A DNA stretch of 64,000 nucleotides, taken from assembly GCF_009914755.1 (NCBI RefSeq), contig NC_060932.1. One strand, given 5' to 3'. Under the pieces are notes generated by a model. The model did not search any database, was not told the origin of the DNA, and worked only from the letters and a program-made list of their open reading frames with translations. Each line of letters starts with the position of its first letter. Within the stretch, counting starts at the first letter, position 1. Of this stretch, positions 13,137 through 30,080 are shown in pieces. This stretch comes from the human T2T-CHM13v2.0 reference genome, Homo sapiens. The position numbers and the translations under genes are program-made.

Positions 13137-16064
13137 GTAAGTATGTAATGGTTACGGAGGATGTTCCCCATAACAAACTCTCATCCAAAAGAGAGTTTCT
13201 TTTCCCATGAGCGTACCACTAAGGAAAACTCTAAAGCATTGTCTTTGTGCAGACACATAAGCTTTACAGATGACCATCACTGACCCATCAAAGAGATCAC
13301 TACAGATTACCCTAGAGCTCTACATCGATGGTACAAAAGCCAAATTCCTTTGTGTCATTGGTCCAAGAACTGCCTGTTTGCCCATGTAAATTTAACTTGA
13401 CTGCCCAGATCAAATCTTCTATTCCTTTCTCATCTTTCCAGGTGGGTAGGATTTTTTCTCAAGTGTTCAGCACTTGAAAGCTGCCAGACTACATCTTCAG
13501 AAGCTGCCTCAGAAAGACAATTTATGGTGTTGATTTTTATTAACTTGCAAGATTTAAATGAATATTTCCTTCTTATCCATTTCACATCCATTACCTTCTG
13601 GCTAGCCTAAGGTCTTCTCATTTATTTCTTAAGATGTTTATGAAAATACAAACACACACATGAACAGGCTTGCTCTGATGTTTGATATGATATTATACTT
13701 GGGCTTTGTGCCAAAAATTACATCATAACAAACTTGATATGACGCCTGTCCCATTTCTTCATTTTACTTGAGCTTTTTGATAGCACTGTATTTCCCTGCC
13801 CATTTGCTTAGATCCCACCACTTTTGCACGTTTCTGCTCTGCCCACTGATTATATATTTTATCACAGTAATCTAATCAGATGGTTACTAGTGTGGGCCCT
13901 TCGCTTTGCCAGTAATTTGTTCAGTTCCAGGAATATCTGAGGCCAAGCAGAGGTGAACTATCTCTCTCAACCCCACCCAGCTCTCGCCTAGCTCTGCTGT
14001 CCAGCCCTCTCACCCAATAGCACCCCCACTTCCAGGGCTGACATTACCCAGGTGGGTACCTCATTGGCTTGGGGTTATATTTATTTTAACTCAAGAAAGT
14101 TTGGGAGTTAGGCCAGGAAGCCCTGCAATATCTAAGACAGATTTGTTGGCTAAGTCCAAAATTCCATCTTTAATTCTGAGATAAATCCAAATCTCACCCT
14201 GGAGGAGGCATGGAGTTGAGATCTGCACAGGCTTGGAAGAGTTTTCATTAAGGCAAAAACATCAGGGCAAGAGGAGTATGAAGATACCAACTTCAGACAC
14301 AGTAGTCATGCTCCCTGTATTTTAATGTTATTTAATTTTCTGTTATATTGCCCAAACTATGTGTGTGTCTGTGACAGAGAATTTACCAGTTAAATATAAC
14401 TGTTTAAGTTTAATGGCAAAATAGGATCTTTAAAAATACATTATAAAAGAGAAATTGAACATTAATCATTTTGTACTGACATATTGTAAATAACCTGTAT
14501 CTTGAATTGTTTTGTAGATTTCTGATTTCAAGTGTACAATGTAAATGAGCAGATCATTATTTTCAGAAAACTTAAGGCTTAAATCTTACTATGACTCACT
14601 GACCACTACCCAAGAAAGATCTCACAATACTTGCTGTCTTATTCTACTGTAGAATAAAAATCATGTGTAAATATCTGATTATTTAAAGCATGCCCTAAAA
14701 ATCAAGGGTTCAAAATCAATTTTTTCTCCTTACGAATTCTCAGAGTCTTGTGATTGACTTCTAGGAAGTAGAAGTCATCAAGGGATTGGTTACACAGTAA
14801 AGCTTAAACAAGTCTATAAAATAGCAAGGCCCTGCCTGTCAATATACTAGAAGGAAATCAAAAAGGTTGTATGCAACTCGATAAGCCAGGCCCAGCCTAC
14901 TCAGAGGCTGTATTTCTGGTACCTCAACCATCTTGCCTTACACTACTTCAGTTTTCTCTGGGATCCTTATTGTATTCCTTCAGCTGCCACTCAGAACTGG
15001 ATTTATCAGTTAGCAAATAATTCCTCACAAGCTCACTTCTCTGGTTTTTAGTTCACAGTTGATCAGAATTATGCTAGGAAGAGTTACATGGGAAATTATG
15101 CAAGGCCAAAGTGATGACAGCTGGGAAAATGATGATGGACAGTCCCCATGTCAAAGGCAGAAACTGAAAAAGCAAATGAGGAAATGTCTCACCTGCCCAG
15201 GCAACAATGGACGTGCCTACTAATAACATTGAGTCATCAGGAGCGGATCCCTACTTACAGTGACAATCCAATGCTTAAGGAAAGAATGCACTGAATGTAT
15301 TTTAGAGTGAATTCCTTGAAGAAATTGTTACTATTTTTATTTAGTTTTAAATGTTTCAAAATGGATAAATAATAGTAAACTAGAAAATTCACTTATGTTG
15401 GGAAAACTCATCTCCTAATGATGTTGGAAAAATGAGACATCATGGTATCAAGTACTTTATACTTCTGATTAGTAACATATATCTGTATATATATTTTCCA
15501 TACATAACTGAGTTAAGGGATTGTGGGAGAGAGTGCCAGATTTTTTAAAAATATAAAGCTAGTGGGAGTTTCTGCAGCTGAGACCCAAGTAAAGGTTCCT
15601 AAAAAAAGGCTTGATGACCAAGAGATGAGTTGAGACAGAGCACTTGTCTGGGGATTTGTGAGCAAGAGGGTGGGGAGGCTTTGTGCGTTTTAGAAAAGAC
15701 AAATAACTTGGGGAGTAATTGCTAGAGAAATGGCAGCTGGGTGAGGGTCTAGGGGTCAGATAAATGTTGAGGGTAAAGATGAAATTTACAACTTCTGCTC
15801 AGTGATGTTTATTGAGATGCTGACATGAGCTGCAGAATTCCAAACACATGAGATGCCATTTGACAACAGTCCAGCCCTTAATATCATCCAGAGTAAAACG
15901 TAAAAAAATGTTAAGCTGGAAATCAACATATTTCAAAGGGGTGTGATTTTTCCCTTGGTGGGTATCTAACAGAATTGTTTGCAGCCTTAACAAATGACAC
16001 CCCTGGTCCTCTCTTTCCTTGTGTGACAGTTCACTGAATGCTGTCTTTATGCTTCATACCTCAG

Positions 16065-16253
16065 GTCACATGGCCAGGTACACTGCCATCCTCAACCAGA
16101 TTCCCAGCCACTCCTCATCCATCCGGACTGTCCAAGGGCCTCCTGGGGAGCCTGGGAGGCCAGGCTCACCTGGAGCCCCTGGTGAACAAGGACCCCCAGG
16201 CACACCAGGCTTCCCCGGAAATGCAGGCGTGCCAGGGACCCCAGGAGAACGAG
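16065..16253 (+). CDS. COL14A1: COL14A1 coding exon (189 nt, [34 protein letters not shown]...GTPGERG; NC2/COL1)
   Basis: CTCAG acceptor, GTAAGC donor; lies within ORF 16019..16339 carrying Gly-X-Y repeats; phase 1-1. Confidence 0.97.
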
Positions 16254-18710
16254 GTAAGCTGGGCCCCTTCTCTCAGAGGAACTCCTCTGAGTTGGGTGCA
16301 GGGAAGCAGAACATTATAGTGGTTCTTATACAAGGATAAAGTCTGAAACAATGGACTTAAATTAATTCTGCCCCATCTATTCTTCAGTTTCTTGTTTATT
16401 TATCTCTGAGATTGAGAAAATTGAGCAATCTGCCAAGTGGTTATCTAGAGCCATATCTACTTATATGAAAGAGGAAGGTTAGAACCCCCAAATCACTTCT
16501 GAGAGTATTTGAGCTAATGAAAGAAAGATAACCCCTCTAGATGGATGAAGTCAAAAAGGGTGCCCCTTCCAGGTTGAAGAATTGGAAAATGATGCCGCCC
16601 TCTGACCAAACATGGCATCACACCAATGTCAAGGCAAGCAGAGAACTCACTCTGGTGATTTGCTGGTGCTTTATTTGTGTGGTGCCCAGACTGGGCAATA
16701 GTCAGTGGCAGTCCTGAGAAGAGTCATGAATTGTATCAGCATATGGTTCACATGTTCCTGTATAGACCATGTCAGCTCTAAACTTCAAATTAAAATACTG
16801 TCTGCGGCTCATCTTCCTATTATATCAGACAACATTTTATTTAATAGTTTCATGGGCCAATGTTTTGCCTTTCCCACTAAAGTTTCCTTAAAACAGAGAT
16901 TCTACTTAGCCTTTTCTTCCACCATCTACAGGTCTTAGAAGTATGGTGTAATACAATAATAAGACTCTTTTGACTGAACCTATAGTCGACTAAGATATTC
17001 CATTCCAGAAGCAGGTAAAGGAGATGTGGGAAGTCAGGGTTGCATGTTAACCGTGAAGAAAGTGATGGGAAAGAGAGACAACTCATCAGAGTATTTTCTA
17101 AGATACATTTTGTAGAACATAGACCTGGGGAAAAGCTAACTTTTACCTGTCTGCTCTGTGAGGCATATTAGTTTTGTGGGATGGGTAGGATATATTCCTT
17201 TTATAAAATTTGATTTAAAATACAGATTACAAAAACTATTTCATATTTATTTTGACTCATGCTAACAGGCCTTGTGTATTTCTGCCTCTGCACTTTTGTA
17301 CACATTGTTTTCCCTCTTTGGAAATGTCCTTTCCTTCCTTTGTCTTCCATACATCTTACTCTTAGTTCAAGGCTCAGCTGTCTTATGCATGAAATTGTTA
17401 TTGATCACCCCAGAACCCAAATGTCTCCGCCCCCATGAACACCTGATGCCCTTACTGTCTTTTCTTTCTGTTTTAGCACTCATCAGGCATTAGCGAACAG
17501 CCAGGTTGTTGAGAGCAGGGGTTGGTTCTGAATTGCTTTGCACAATGCTTTGCACTTAATAGGTACTTACTAGATAGTTGTTGCTTTAATTGTGACCCAG
17601 TTCTGATTTTTCTTTCTGAAAGTTTTTCCCTGTGTCAGGGCACAAAATCAGCAGATATAGAAAATGGCATCATTCCCTCACAACACACCAAAGATCTGGC
17701 AGCCTGGAATGTGGCCCCCTCTGTCAGCAGGGCATCCTCTGCTGCTGTCAATAATGGAGAAACTGTGACTCAGTGAGCACAGAGCCAGCACCTGAGTCAT
17801 TCCCAGCAAGTCATAAGTTGTCTTTGTTCTTTTTGGAAGTCTTAGCCCCGTTCTTGCCAGACCGAGTCTCTCCTGCTCTGCAAGTACACTTGAATGATTA
17901 GACCACAGAAAAATCACCCAAGGATTCTCAAAGGGCAGCCCAGACGACCTTTGGAAATATGAATTTCCATGATGTAATTTTCTTACATACATATTGATAT
18001 ATATTCTAAAGAGTACAGTAGACAAGCAGAATCCTATATTTCACAAATGCATAAAAGATGACAGTAAGACAGAAAGTGAGAAATGCCCTTTGAGCATGGG
18101 GAAAGGTGATTTTAGTTGATGACCACTTGAAGGGTGTGATTTTGCGATGACTATTATAGGTCAGGGCTTATAGGCCAGCATCCAAGGGGCTCTTCATTCC
18201 CGGCAAAGTTATTTCACCTGCAGCTTGGATTTGCTGCTGCAAGGTAGGCAGTGATGTTTGGGATCCAAATATCCAGGAAAGATAAAGAGAGGAAAGGCCT
18301 GTCTTTCCACTAAGTCAAAACAATAAAATTTAAAAACTGAAGTCTTCAGCTATCTTTTCTCTTCTCATTTTCTATAAAAGGAAGCATATGAAGATATTGA
18401 GGTAAGGCCAAAAAGGCTCAAAGTCAGCCAACATCAAGACTTGAAATAAGAGCCAGAGACTGTGTTGTTTTTTTCTGCTGTATAAAATATGATTATCATC
18501 ATTCTGGATAAAATAATGTTATAAGGACACAATATTGTAATGAGTAAAAATAAGTACTATTACCAGGCAGTGTATGTAGCACATAATGAACTACAAAAGC
18601 AAGATTATGAGAAATATGGCTGTTGAGCATTCTGGCATGAACACTGAAATGAGGCTCACTTTCTGCTTAGGCTTCCTATGAGCCTCATAGGAGTCTTCCT
18701 AAAAAAATTC

Positions 18711-19445
18711 ACTACTGGGTATCTACCCAGAGGAAAAGAAGTCATTATACAAAAAAGATATTTGCATATGCATGTTTATAGCAGCACAATTCGCAAGTGC
18801 AAAAACGTGGAACCAACCCAAATGCCCATCAATCAATGAGTGGATAAAGAAACTGTGGTGTATATATATATATGAAGCATATATAAAGCATATATATATG
18901 TATATATATGAAGCATATATAAAGCATATATATATGTATATATATGAAGCATATATAAAGCATATATATGTATATATATGAAGCATATATAAAGCATATA
19001 TATATGTATATATATGAAGCATATATAAAGCATATATATATGTATATATATGAAGCATATATAAAGCATATATATATATATATATGTATATGATTGAATA
19101 CTACTCAGCCATAAAAAGGAATGAATTAATGGCATTCACAGTAACCCAGATGAGATTGGAGACGAGCATTCTAAGTGAATTGACTCAGGAATGGAAAACC
19201 AAACACCATATATTCTCACTCATAAGTAGGAGCTAAGCTATGAGGATGCAAAGGCATAAGAATGATACAATGGACTTTGGGGACTCAGGGGGAAAGGGTG
19301 GGAAATGGGTGAGGGATAAAAGTCTACAAATAGGGTATAGTGTATACTGCTCCGGTGATGGGTGCACAAAAATCTCACAAATCCCCACTAATGAACTTAT
19401 GTAACCAAACACCACCTGTTCCCCAATAACCTATGGAAAAAAATT
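18711..19445 (+). mobile_element. 5'-truncated old LINE-1 3' fragment (L1PB-like)
   Basis: ORF2 C-terminal remnant ([29 protein letters not shown]) and L1PB-type 3' UTR ending CACCACCTGTTCCCCAATAACCTATGGAAAA; AAATTCAC on both flanks. Confidence 0.88.
18861..19091. repeat. AT-rich 36-bp VNTR, 6 copies (GAAGCATATATAAAGCATATATATATGTATATATAT)
   Basis: GAAGC anchors at 18874, 18910, 18946, 18980, 19016 and 19052 (spacing 36, 36, 34, 36, 36). Confidence 0.95.
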
Positions 19446-20039
19446 TTGTTTTTTTAAATTCACAACTCCATTCAGTTTGGATAGTTTTTCATCAGAAGTG
19501 CCCACTCTAACTTTTCTATTCTAGTTTTTCAAACTTTTAAAAATGTGATACACAGTAAAAAATACATTTGACATCATGATGCAATATTACTTATGCATAT
19601 GCATGCATGCAAATGTATATAACTGGGACAAAAGAAATTATTTTTACCCTTCCTGTTATTCCCTGTTTTCTTCTTTTGTTAAAAGAACGAGGAGAGACCT
19701 TGGGTTTCATTACCTTAGTTTGAAAAACACTATCCCCTAATGTCCCTGTCTGACAGCTTTGAAGGGAGCAGTGGTTCTCCCAGCACGCAGCTGGAGATCT
19801 GAGAACCGGCAGACTGCCTCCTCAAGTGGGTCCCTGACCCCTGACCCCGAGCAGGCTAACTGGGAGGCACCCCCCAGCAGGAGCACACTGAAACCTCACA
19901 TGGCAGGGTATTCCAACAGACCTGCAGCTGAGGGTCCTGTCTGTTAGGAGGAAAACTAACAAACAGAAAGGACATCCACACCAAAAACCCATCTGTACAT
20001 CACCATCATCAAAGACCAAAAGTAGATAAAACCACAAAG

Positions 20040-21056
20040 ATGGGGAAAAAACAGAACAGAAAAACTGGAAGCTCTAAAAATCAGAGCGCCTCTCCTCCTC
20101 CAAGGGAACGCAGCTCCTCACCAGCAACAGAACAAAGCTGGGTGGAGAATGACTTTGACGAGCTGAGAGAAGAAGGCTTCAGACGATCAAATTACTCTGA
20201 GCTACGGGAGGACATTCAAACCAAAGGCAAAGAAGTTGAAAACTTTGAAAAAAATTTAGAAGAATGTATAACTAGAATAACCAATACAGAGAAGTGCTTA
20301 AAGGAGCTGATGGAGCTGAAAACCAAGGCTCGAGAACTACGTGAAGAATGCAGAAGCCTCGGGAGCCGATGCGATCAACTGGAAGAAAGGGTATCAGCAA
20401 TGGAAGATGAAATGAATGAAATGAAGCGAGAAGGGAAGTTTAGAGAAAAAAGAATAAAAAGAAATGAGCAAAGCCTCCAAGAAATATGGGACTATGTGAA
20501 AAGACCAAATCTACGTCTGATTGGTTTACCTGAAAGTGATGGGGAGAATGGAACCAAGTTGGAAAACACTCTGCAGGATATTATCCAGGAGAACTTCCCC
20601 AATCTAGCAAGGCAGGCCAATGTTCAGATTCAGGAAATACAGAGAACGCTACAAAGATACTCCTCGAGAAGAGCAACTCCAAGACACATAATTGTCAGAT
20701 TCACCAAAGTTGAAATGAAGGAAAAAATGTTAAGGGCAGCCAGAGAGAAAGGTCGGGTTACCCTCAAAGGGAAGCCCATCAGACTAACAGCGGATCTCTC
20801 GGCAGAAACCCTACAAGCCAGAAGAGAGTGGGGGCCAATATTCAACATTCTTAAAGAAAAGAATTTTCAACCCAGAATTTCATATCCAGCCAAACTAAGC
20901 TTCCTAAGTGAAGGAGAAAGAAAATACTTTACAGACAAGCAAATGCTGAGAGATTTTGTCACCACCATGCCTGCCCTAAAAGAGCTCCTGAAGGAAGCAA
21001 TAAACATGGAAAGGAACAACCGGTACCAGCCGCTGCAAAATCATGCCAAAATGTAA
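20040..21056 (+). CDS. LINE-1 ORF1p (338 aa; coiled coil, RRM, CTD)
   Basis: Full-length 338-aa ORF; conserved REKG, ARR and YPAKLS motifs present. Confidence 0.97.
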   Translation: MGKKQNRKTGSSKNQSASPPPRERSSSPATEQSWVENDFDELREEGFRRSNYSELREDIQTKGKEVENFEKNLEECITRITNTEKCLKELMELKTKARELREECRSLGSRCDQLEERVSAMEDEMNEMKREGKFREKRIKRNEQSLQEIWDYVKRPNLRLIGLPESDGENGTKLENTLQDIIQENFPNLARQANVQIQEIQRTLQRYSSRRATPRHIIVRFTKVEMKEKMLRAAREKGRVTLKGKPIRLTADLSAETLQARREWGPIFNILKEKNFQPRISYPAKLSFLSEGERKYFTDKQMLRDFVTTMPALKELLKEAINMERNNRYQPLQNHAKM

Positions 21057-21092
21057 AGACCATCAAGACTAGGAAGAAACTGCATCAACTAA

Positions 21093-24947
<3,855 letters not shown>

Positions 24948-26164
24948 ACAATGAGATCACATGGACACAGGAAGGGGAATATCACACTCTGGGGACTGTT
25001 GTGGGGTGGGGGGAGGGGGGAGGGATAGCATTGGGAGATATACCTAATGCTAGATGACGAGTTAGTGGGTGCAGCGCACCAGCATGGCACATGTATACAT
25101 ATGTAACTAACCTGCACAATGTGCACATGTACCCTAAAACTTAAAGTATAATTAAAAAAAAAAAAAAAAGAAAAACACTATCCCCATACAATGTCTTTGA
25201 TTAACCCCATCTTTGTCAGAGAAATGGCAAAGAATATGCATTTTTAGAGAGCAGAAGAAAAATTATGGATTTTCCTTTCATGTTCGCAACGTGATGTACA
25301 TGGCTTTTCATGACTTTTCTTATTATCTAAAAGAAGATTGCACTTTTGCTCCATCTGATTGTCTCTCTCTTCAGTAACCCTTTGTCTCCTTTAACTTAAA
25401 GTCTTTTTCGTAAGTTTGTGTGGAACAGTTTTTAGCTATCCTCTTACACAGATTGTAATAGAGAATTCTTAAAATTTAAGGATTCTAAGGGATCCAGTGG
25501 CTAATGTTGTTCAAGTTTTCTATCTGAAGCTTGAAATCCCACTTAGATTTTTCTAATTATTGGCACTTAGCATTGAAGAGGCCTCATTTGCATAACATCA
25601 TGCTTTATATTAAGCAGCCCGATTTCTCACCTGCTTTTCCTTGTCACTTGTTCTTCTCTGTTAATTTATGTCAAAGAAAAGCTATTTTTCCATGGGATGC
25701 TAGTTGGTTACCTCTCCCCATTAAACCCTGTACTGTCTTCATGTAAATGGTTCTGTATAACCTGGCTTCTCATTATCCTAAAATTCAGAAGAGAGGACCA
25801 GTTCTGAGGTTCCTCTTTTGATCACTGAACCGTGACAATCCAGTGCTTGACTGGACAATCCAGTGATTGACTACTATTTGTCAATTGCTTTTCTGACGTC
25901 AACTCACTCTTGAGTCACATTTTTGGGTGATTCCAAACCAGATTTCCTCAATTACAGATCGTTTTCTTTTTCTGCTCTGTGCATATCATTCCCAGATGAT
26001 TCATCTGTTTTTGTTTACTCAATTTATTTAAATGTTCATTCTCTACACTGTTATCTTGAGCCATATATTAAACAAGTCAACAATAAGTTTGTTGGTTTAT
26101 AGTTCACAAAATTAAGTTTCTTTATTCAGTTGAAAAGAATTAGAAAATTCCCCTAATTTCAGTC

Positions 26165-26480
26165 TTTTTTTTTTTTTCTCTTGGAGACAGGGTCTTGCTT
26201 TGTCCCCCAGACTGGATTGCAGTGGTGTGATCTCGGATCTTGGCTCACTGCAACCTCCGCCCCCCGGGTTCAAGCAATTCTCCTGCCTCAGCTTCCCAAG
26301 TAGCTGGGACTACAGGCAGGCACCACCACACCTGGTTAATTTTTGTATTTTTAGTAGAGACGGGGTTTCACCATGTAGGCCAGGCTAGTCTCGAACTCCT
26401 AACCTCAACTGACAACCCCCCCACCCCGCCTCGGCCTCACAAAGTGCTGGGATTACAGGCATGATCCACCGCACCCAGCC
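26165..26480 (-). mobile_element. Alu SINE (AluS-like)
   Basis: Poly(T) followed by reverse dimer; ATTTCAGTCTTT on both flanks. Confidence 0.94.
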
Positions 26481-26949
26481 TGATTTCAGTCTTTATGCAA
26501 CTCCTTTAGTTTCCATAATCCTCCCGAAATTTTTGAATCAGAGAAACCATCTGATCATCTAACTAACCTAACCATCTAAAGATTTTCATTTTAGATTGTA
26601 TAGCTGGACAGCTGGAATTTATATCTGGTTTATCTTATAGAATAAGTCAGCAAATATTAAATGCAGTGTTTATGTAAGGTTTTTCAGTTTGGCAGATAGA
26701 TAATACTATTATTTATAGCTTTTACTTATTAGGCTCCAATTGCATCTGCCAAGTGTTGCGCTCAGTCCTGTACACACTACCTCATTTGGGTAAAGTGGAA
26801 GACCTGGTTTGGATAAGGAAGGAATATGAAAGATTGCTGAGGGTACAAACTGGAAGATGGTAAATGCTAAGTGAGTTATATAGAATATAAATGGTTTCAG
26901 AATGTAAAGGAAGATGTCAGTCACTGTGGTCTTTGAGAAGAACGGGTGC

Positions 26950-27420
26950 CAGCATTTATTAAGCAACTATGTGTCAATTGCTAAGCATGTTATGTGATGC
27001 TCATAAAAATCTTATGAGATCAGGATTAGTTCCATGTTAGGTGAGGAAACTGAGGCTCTGCTAGATTGTTAATTGTCCAAGGTCACACAGTGGAACAATA
27101 GGGGTCTAGAATTCAGATCCAGATATGTATGATTCCAGAATGCCTGTGCTTGCTGGCTTCGCCACTTAACTAGCTATGTGATCTTGACTACTTAAGCTTA
27201 AAACTTAATCTCTGAAACTCCATTCATTCATTCAGTGGTACTTACTGAGCATCTACTACACTTCCAGCTTGTGCTGGGCATTGATGACATGGTGGTAAAC
27301 AGGGTATATATTTCCTGACTTTCATGGCACCTTACTGTTATGGGAGATGGATATTAAGCAAACAACATATCAATCATTTAATTTCAGTTGTAATTAGTGC
27401 TATGAAAAAGTACAGGATAA
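26950..27420. mobile_element. MIR and L2 fragments
   Basis: GAGGAAACTGAGGCT...CCAAGGTCACACAG (MIR core); CATTCATTCATTCA...TTACTGAGCATCTACT (L2 3' end). Confidence 0.65.
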
Positions 27421-27451
27421 CATATCCTGTACTCCAGCCAGGAGTACAGAG

Positions 27452-27500
27452 CACTCCAGCCAGGTGAACAGAGCAAGACTCTTTCTCAAAAAAAAAAAAA
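27452..27500 (+). mobile_element. Alu 3'-end remnant (about 35 nt plus poly(A))
   Basis: CACTCCAGCCAGGTGAACAGAGCAAGACTCTTTCTC(A)14. Confidence 0.85.
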
Positions 27501-27815
27501 TCTGCTGAAATACATGTTGCCTTCTTCCTTCTTTGATTCACCATCCCCTGCCTCTCATTTCTTGAAAGATGAATACAGATAGTTTTCTCTTTCTTTTTTC
27601 CACCCAGGACTCATCTGGTTAAGTTCAATTTGAATGCCCTTCAGAACAAGACCTTTATCTGAAGGTCTAGTGGATTGTGTTTTCCTAATGGTGTAGTCAT
27701 TTTAAGGCATTGACAAGGATTGCTCTTCTTTTTCTTCTTTGCATCATCTTTTATTGATTTTTTTTTATTACAAAGCGACTCTTTACAGTGATCATGGCTG
27801 CAGAAAGAAACTCTT

Positions 27816-28376
27816 ATGTATTAGTGAGCTATTGCTGTGTAACAAATTACTTTAAAACTTAGTGGCTTAAAGCAACAAATATATATGATGTCCATTTTTG
27901 TGGGTCAGGGATTTGAGTTTTATGTGGGTCCTTTTGGCTAAGAGTCTTGCATGAAGTTGCAGTCAATATGTCATTTAGGAGGCCAGTCATCTGAAGGCTC
28001 GACTGGAGCTGGTGCATCTGTTTCCAAGATGGTGCCATCACAGGACTGTTGGCAGGAGTCTCCGGCCCTGGCTGATGATTGGCAGGAGGGCTCAGTTCCT
28101 CACTGTGGAGCTCTTCGTGGGGCATGGTTGAGAATTCATTTTCAACGCATAGAGGCTGCTTTCCTCAGAGCCACTGATCCAAGAGAGAGAGCAGAGGAGT
28201 TCCCATTATGATTTTGACATCTAGTCTCAGAAGCCCAAGCTTTTACTTTCACCATATTCTATTTGTTAGAAGGGAGTCACTAAGCCTGGCCCACACTCAA
28301 GTAGAGAGGAATTCGGCTGTACACTTTGGAGGGAGGCATTTTAAAGATTTTGTCAGTGTCTGTTTAAACCATCACA
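27816..28376 (-). mobile_element. MLT1-type LTR
   Basis: TGTATTAGTGAGCTATTGCTGTGTAACAAATTAC...TTAAACCATCACA; CTCTT on both flanks. Confidence 0.8.
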
Positions 28377-29826
28377 CTCTTCTAAATTAAAACAAGTCCT
28401 TCTGGCTGTGCATTGCGAAGAGGGTGATGCTCTCATCCACGAAATGATTGCCAAGCAGTATGACGTCTACAGTGCTGAATAATGAAGGGCTCTTGTGAAG
28501 AGTTGGCTTACCCTGCCTGTTTTCACCACTTATGTTTGTTTTTCTCTCCTGTATTCTTTTAAATCATCCAAATGTCAGATGTAGGTTTTCAGAGGGAAAC
28601 GCAAGATGCAGCTGTGGGCACCTTTAAAAACAGTAGCAATTATTGGGAAAAATGTTTTTGAAGACTACTAATACCTTTTGTGTTCCTGTTTCTGAAATTA
28701 GTCATAATTAGAACAAAATCCATTTTCAAACCAAACACAAAGAACGAGAGAAAAAAAGCCATTGACAAATTAAAATTACCATTAAATTATGTTCCCACCC
28801 TTTATAATTAGTAAAATATGACTGTTACAGTAATAATAAGCTATAACTAGTGTTTTGTCTTGTTTTTGCCATGGAAGCTAATATCATTGTTTCTGTAGAT
28901 AAAAAAATTTTAAAACCTTAATTGAAAAGTCTATTAGTCAGTTTGAACAGATATTTGATAAATCAATGGCTGATTAATCCCACCGCATTAGTGTGTGACA
29001 CATGTCATTCAATACCCAGATAGAGTATGCTTTCTTGAATTGGCCCTTATTGATTTCTCTCTGTTCATCCTTTCTTACAATGAGGCTACATTGTCCCCCA
29101 AAACAAATTTTAATGTACATTTTTCTTTTATTCCTCATAATACATGAAATACAATAGTTATTTCATAAGTCATAACTAGTTTATAGTGTTGATAACCTCT
29201 TGGCTAGCTTTTTGACTGCCATTTCTCATTCACACCTTGAGCCCTGATAAAAACAAAAGCCCATGTGGATATTGTGCATCAATCCTGAGACATCATGGTG
29301 ACAGCAGATTACTGCCACGTGAACAATGTAAGCATTTCCTTTCAAGTCGTCATCGTGTAATTTAGCCAGAAAATCATGGCAAGTTTTCTAAGAAGGAGAT
29401 TTGGTTATACTAGATAATAAAAGAGAGAGAGAGAAAGAAACTCCTTTTTTAAAAATGTAGGAATGTATTTCATCATTTTCTAAATTTTCAAGCCTTGAAC
29501 ATAAGTAAAATGGAAATATAATGTAGTTTATATGATAAAACTAAAGTTGTTTGTATTAGCTGTGATAAAACATTTTTGGTGAATTTTTTGACATGGCTTT
29601 CAAAGCCATGACTGTAATAAGTTAATTATCAAAATATATTTTTAGAGGAAGGTGAAAACATGCAGAGAAAAGATATATTCATTAATCCTTTCCATTTTCA
29701 TTGTTCTAGATTTGACTTTGGCATTAAATTACTATGTAAATATAGTGAAGTAGTTTGACTTTCCTGAACTTCTTTGCTAGTTTGGAAAAACATAATGAGT
29801 ATCCTTGATTTTGGATGTGTTTATCG

Positions 29827-30080
29827 TTTTTTTTTTTATGTTAACTTTTGGGATACATGTGCTGAACGTGCAGGTTTGTTACACAGGTATACATGTGCCA
29901 TGGTGGTTTGCTGCACCTATCGACCCGTCATCTAGGTTTTAATCCCCGCATGCATTAGATATTTGTCCTAATGCTCTCCGTCCCCTTTCCCCCAACCCCC
30001 TGACAGCCCCCGGTGTGTGATGTTCCCCTCCGTGTTTCCATGTGTTCTCATTATTCAACTCCCACTTATGAGTGAGAATA
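29827..30080 (-). mobile_element. LINE-1 3' end fragment (older L1PA, about PA8-like)
   Basis: Poly(T) + reverse L1 3' UTR (GTGCAGGTTTGTTAC...CCCACTTATGAGTGAGAA). Confidence 0.88.

Noticed and set aside
16019-16339. Stand-alone 106-aa collagen-like ORF (also 40026-40385)
   Set aside because: These are COL14A1 exons read through into flanking intron; splice sites define the true limits.
18723-19135. ORFs with repeated MLHIYTYIYALY / YIYEAYIKH peptides
   Set aside because: Translations of the AT-rich VNTR; no splice or coding evidence.
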